NCBI GenBank assembly: GCA_000165345.1
Contig: CM000430.1
Coordinates: forward strand, 576,001-640,000
Direction: 5' to 3'
DNA length: 64,000 nucleotides
Under the pieces are notes generated by a model. That model was not told the origin of the DNA. It worked only from the letters and a program-made list of their open reading frames with translations, and did no database searches. The position numbers and the translations under genes were made by a program. Of the stretch, positions 63,011 through 64,000 are shown piece by piece; position 1 is the first letter of the stretch, and each line of letters starts with the position of its first letter.

Positions 63011-64000
63011 ATGCCTATTAAAATAGATAATTACAGAAGAGAACAATGCTACTTTACTGATTGGTTGAGAACTGTAGCGTGCATACTTGTTTTGTCGGTA
63101 CATGGAATGGTGCTAGTTCAGAGAATATTCAATTTGAGTGATATCGACAAGGATATATCTGATAATTACTTATTGATTCTGCTCCACCATGGAATGCCGG
63201 TTTTCTTTTATTCATCTGGAAGAGCAGCTTTCTTTTCTGCAAACAAATCAGGTAAGCGATAATTAACTAAATAGAAATTGATAAAATTCTGTTTATATAA
63301 CTATTGAAATATTGTAGAAAATTGCGGATTCCTGAACTTCCTATATAAGAAGACTCTTCGACTTTTGATACCTTCAATAGCAGGATACTTTACTGTAGTT
63401 GCAGCAGCAGCATACTTAGGGTCAGATTGGCGTCCATGCGCACCAACTCGTCCATATAATTCAGTATTTGACTTTTATTCAAGATTTCTTGCAGAATTTA
63501 ATTGCTCTGGATTAGAGTGGCTTTGGACTCTACCTATGATTTTTGCAATTTCAATTATGAATTGGCCATATACGATATATTTGAATCGTGTGGCAAAAGA
63601 ACGGGCGCTCACAAAGTTTAAAGTTAGTTTAAAGAAAGAAAATGAGTCCGAAAAGATAGTGAATTTTTTTAAGGAGAATAAAACACTATCGATGAGTTTT
63701 TTGTTTATAGCAACAATGATGTTTTCTTTACATATTCTTTTAAGTTTTTCAGTGAAGGGGATACTGGTTCCAGTGATATTGTGTTATATTTCACTACCTT
63801 TATTCGTTAAGTTTGTAGCTAAAGCTAATCTAAATGAGAAAAGTGACTCGAAAATTACGTCATTTTTAGCTTATTTACCACTTTATTTATCATCCGCATA
63901 TATTGGTTTGAAATTGGATGATTCAGTCAACAATACATTTTCTTCCAATTATAATTCAAATAATATTCTCCTCTATGGTATGAGATTAGCCGGTGATGAA
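63011..64000 (+). CDS. multipass membrane protein (acyltransferase-3/HGSNAT-like?), 3' part leaves window; 2 exons
   Basis: Exon 1 63011..63251 (MPIKIDNYRREQCYFTDWLRTVACILVLSVHGMVLV...). Donor CAG|GTAAGC at 63252; acceptor attgtAG at 63316-63317. Exon 2 from 63318 stays open to the window end and carries at least 5 hydrophobic helices (LLIPSIAGYFTVVAAAAYLG, WLWTLPMIFAISIMNW, SFLFIATMMFSLHILLSF, LVPVILCYISLPLF). The family assignment is a guess. Confidence 0.45.

Noticed and set aside
1-64000. tRNA, rRNA, CRISPR, IS or transposon features
   Set aside because: None seen. There are no GGTTCGAATCC-type T-arm words, no rDNA-like GC-rich blocks, no direct-repeat/spacer arrays, and no transposase or integrase ORFs. 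The window is eukaryotic and single-copy in appearance.

Overview
This window reads as a compact, AT-rich (roughly 30% GC) eukaryotic chromosome segment with about 34 protein-coding genes on both strands, short intergenic spacers and a few short spliceosomal introns. It is not prokaryotic, so I see no CRISPR arrays, operons, tRNAs or rRNAs. The gene content, the promoter words (GCATGCA and GGCGCC) and a TSP1/kringle adhesin all fit a Cryptosporidium-like apicomplexan; that is inference from the sequence alone.

Genes I recognise by eye from conserved motifs: a Sec63-type DExH helicase (5' part only, runs off the window start), dCMP deaminase, ZC3H15/TMA46, COQ3/UbiG methyltransferase, PWP2/UTP1, a KDEL-receptor-like protein, listerin/LTN1 (RING-H2 E3), PP5 phosphatase, NSF ATPase, an HMG-box protein, a BirA-like ligase, a TSP1+kringle type-I membrane adhesin, and ribosomal proteins S28e, L13e and S16e.

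By hand-splicing I recover four genes the ORF track misses or truncates: RPS28 (intron directly after the ATG), RPL13 (3' intron), RPB7 (5' intron) and a three-exon SPT4. A 3'-partial multipass membrane protein gene, also spliced, runs off the window end.

The candidate for an undescribed system is at 53.3-56.5 kb. Three divergently arranged paralogous genes encode small secreted proteins with a conserved N-terminal xCC...LC module and a C-terminal 10-cysteine domain. Each has a signal-peptide exon joined by an intron; I do not recognise the domain. The tail of the window is a secretory/adhesin neighbourhood: this trio, a 704-aa secreted protein, the TSP1/kringle adhesin, and a mucin-like acidic protein with xESP tandem repeats.

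Recurrent promoter architecture: paired GGCGCC boxes spaced 7-8 nt apart in three bidirectional promoters, further single GGCGCC/CGCGCG sites, and GCATGCA clusters.

All calls were made by eye with no database searches. Exon boundaries and product names are hypotheses to the stated confidence.
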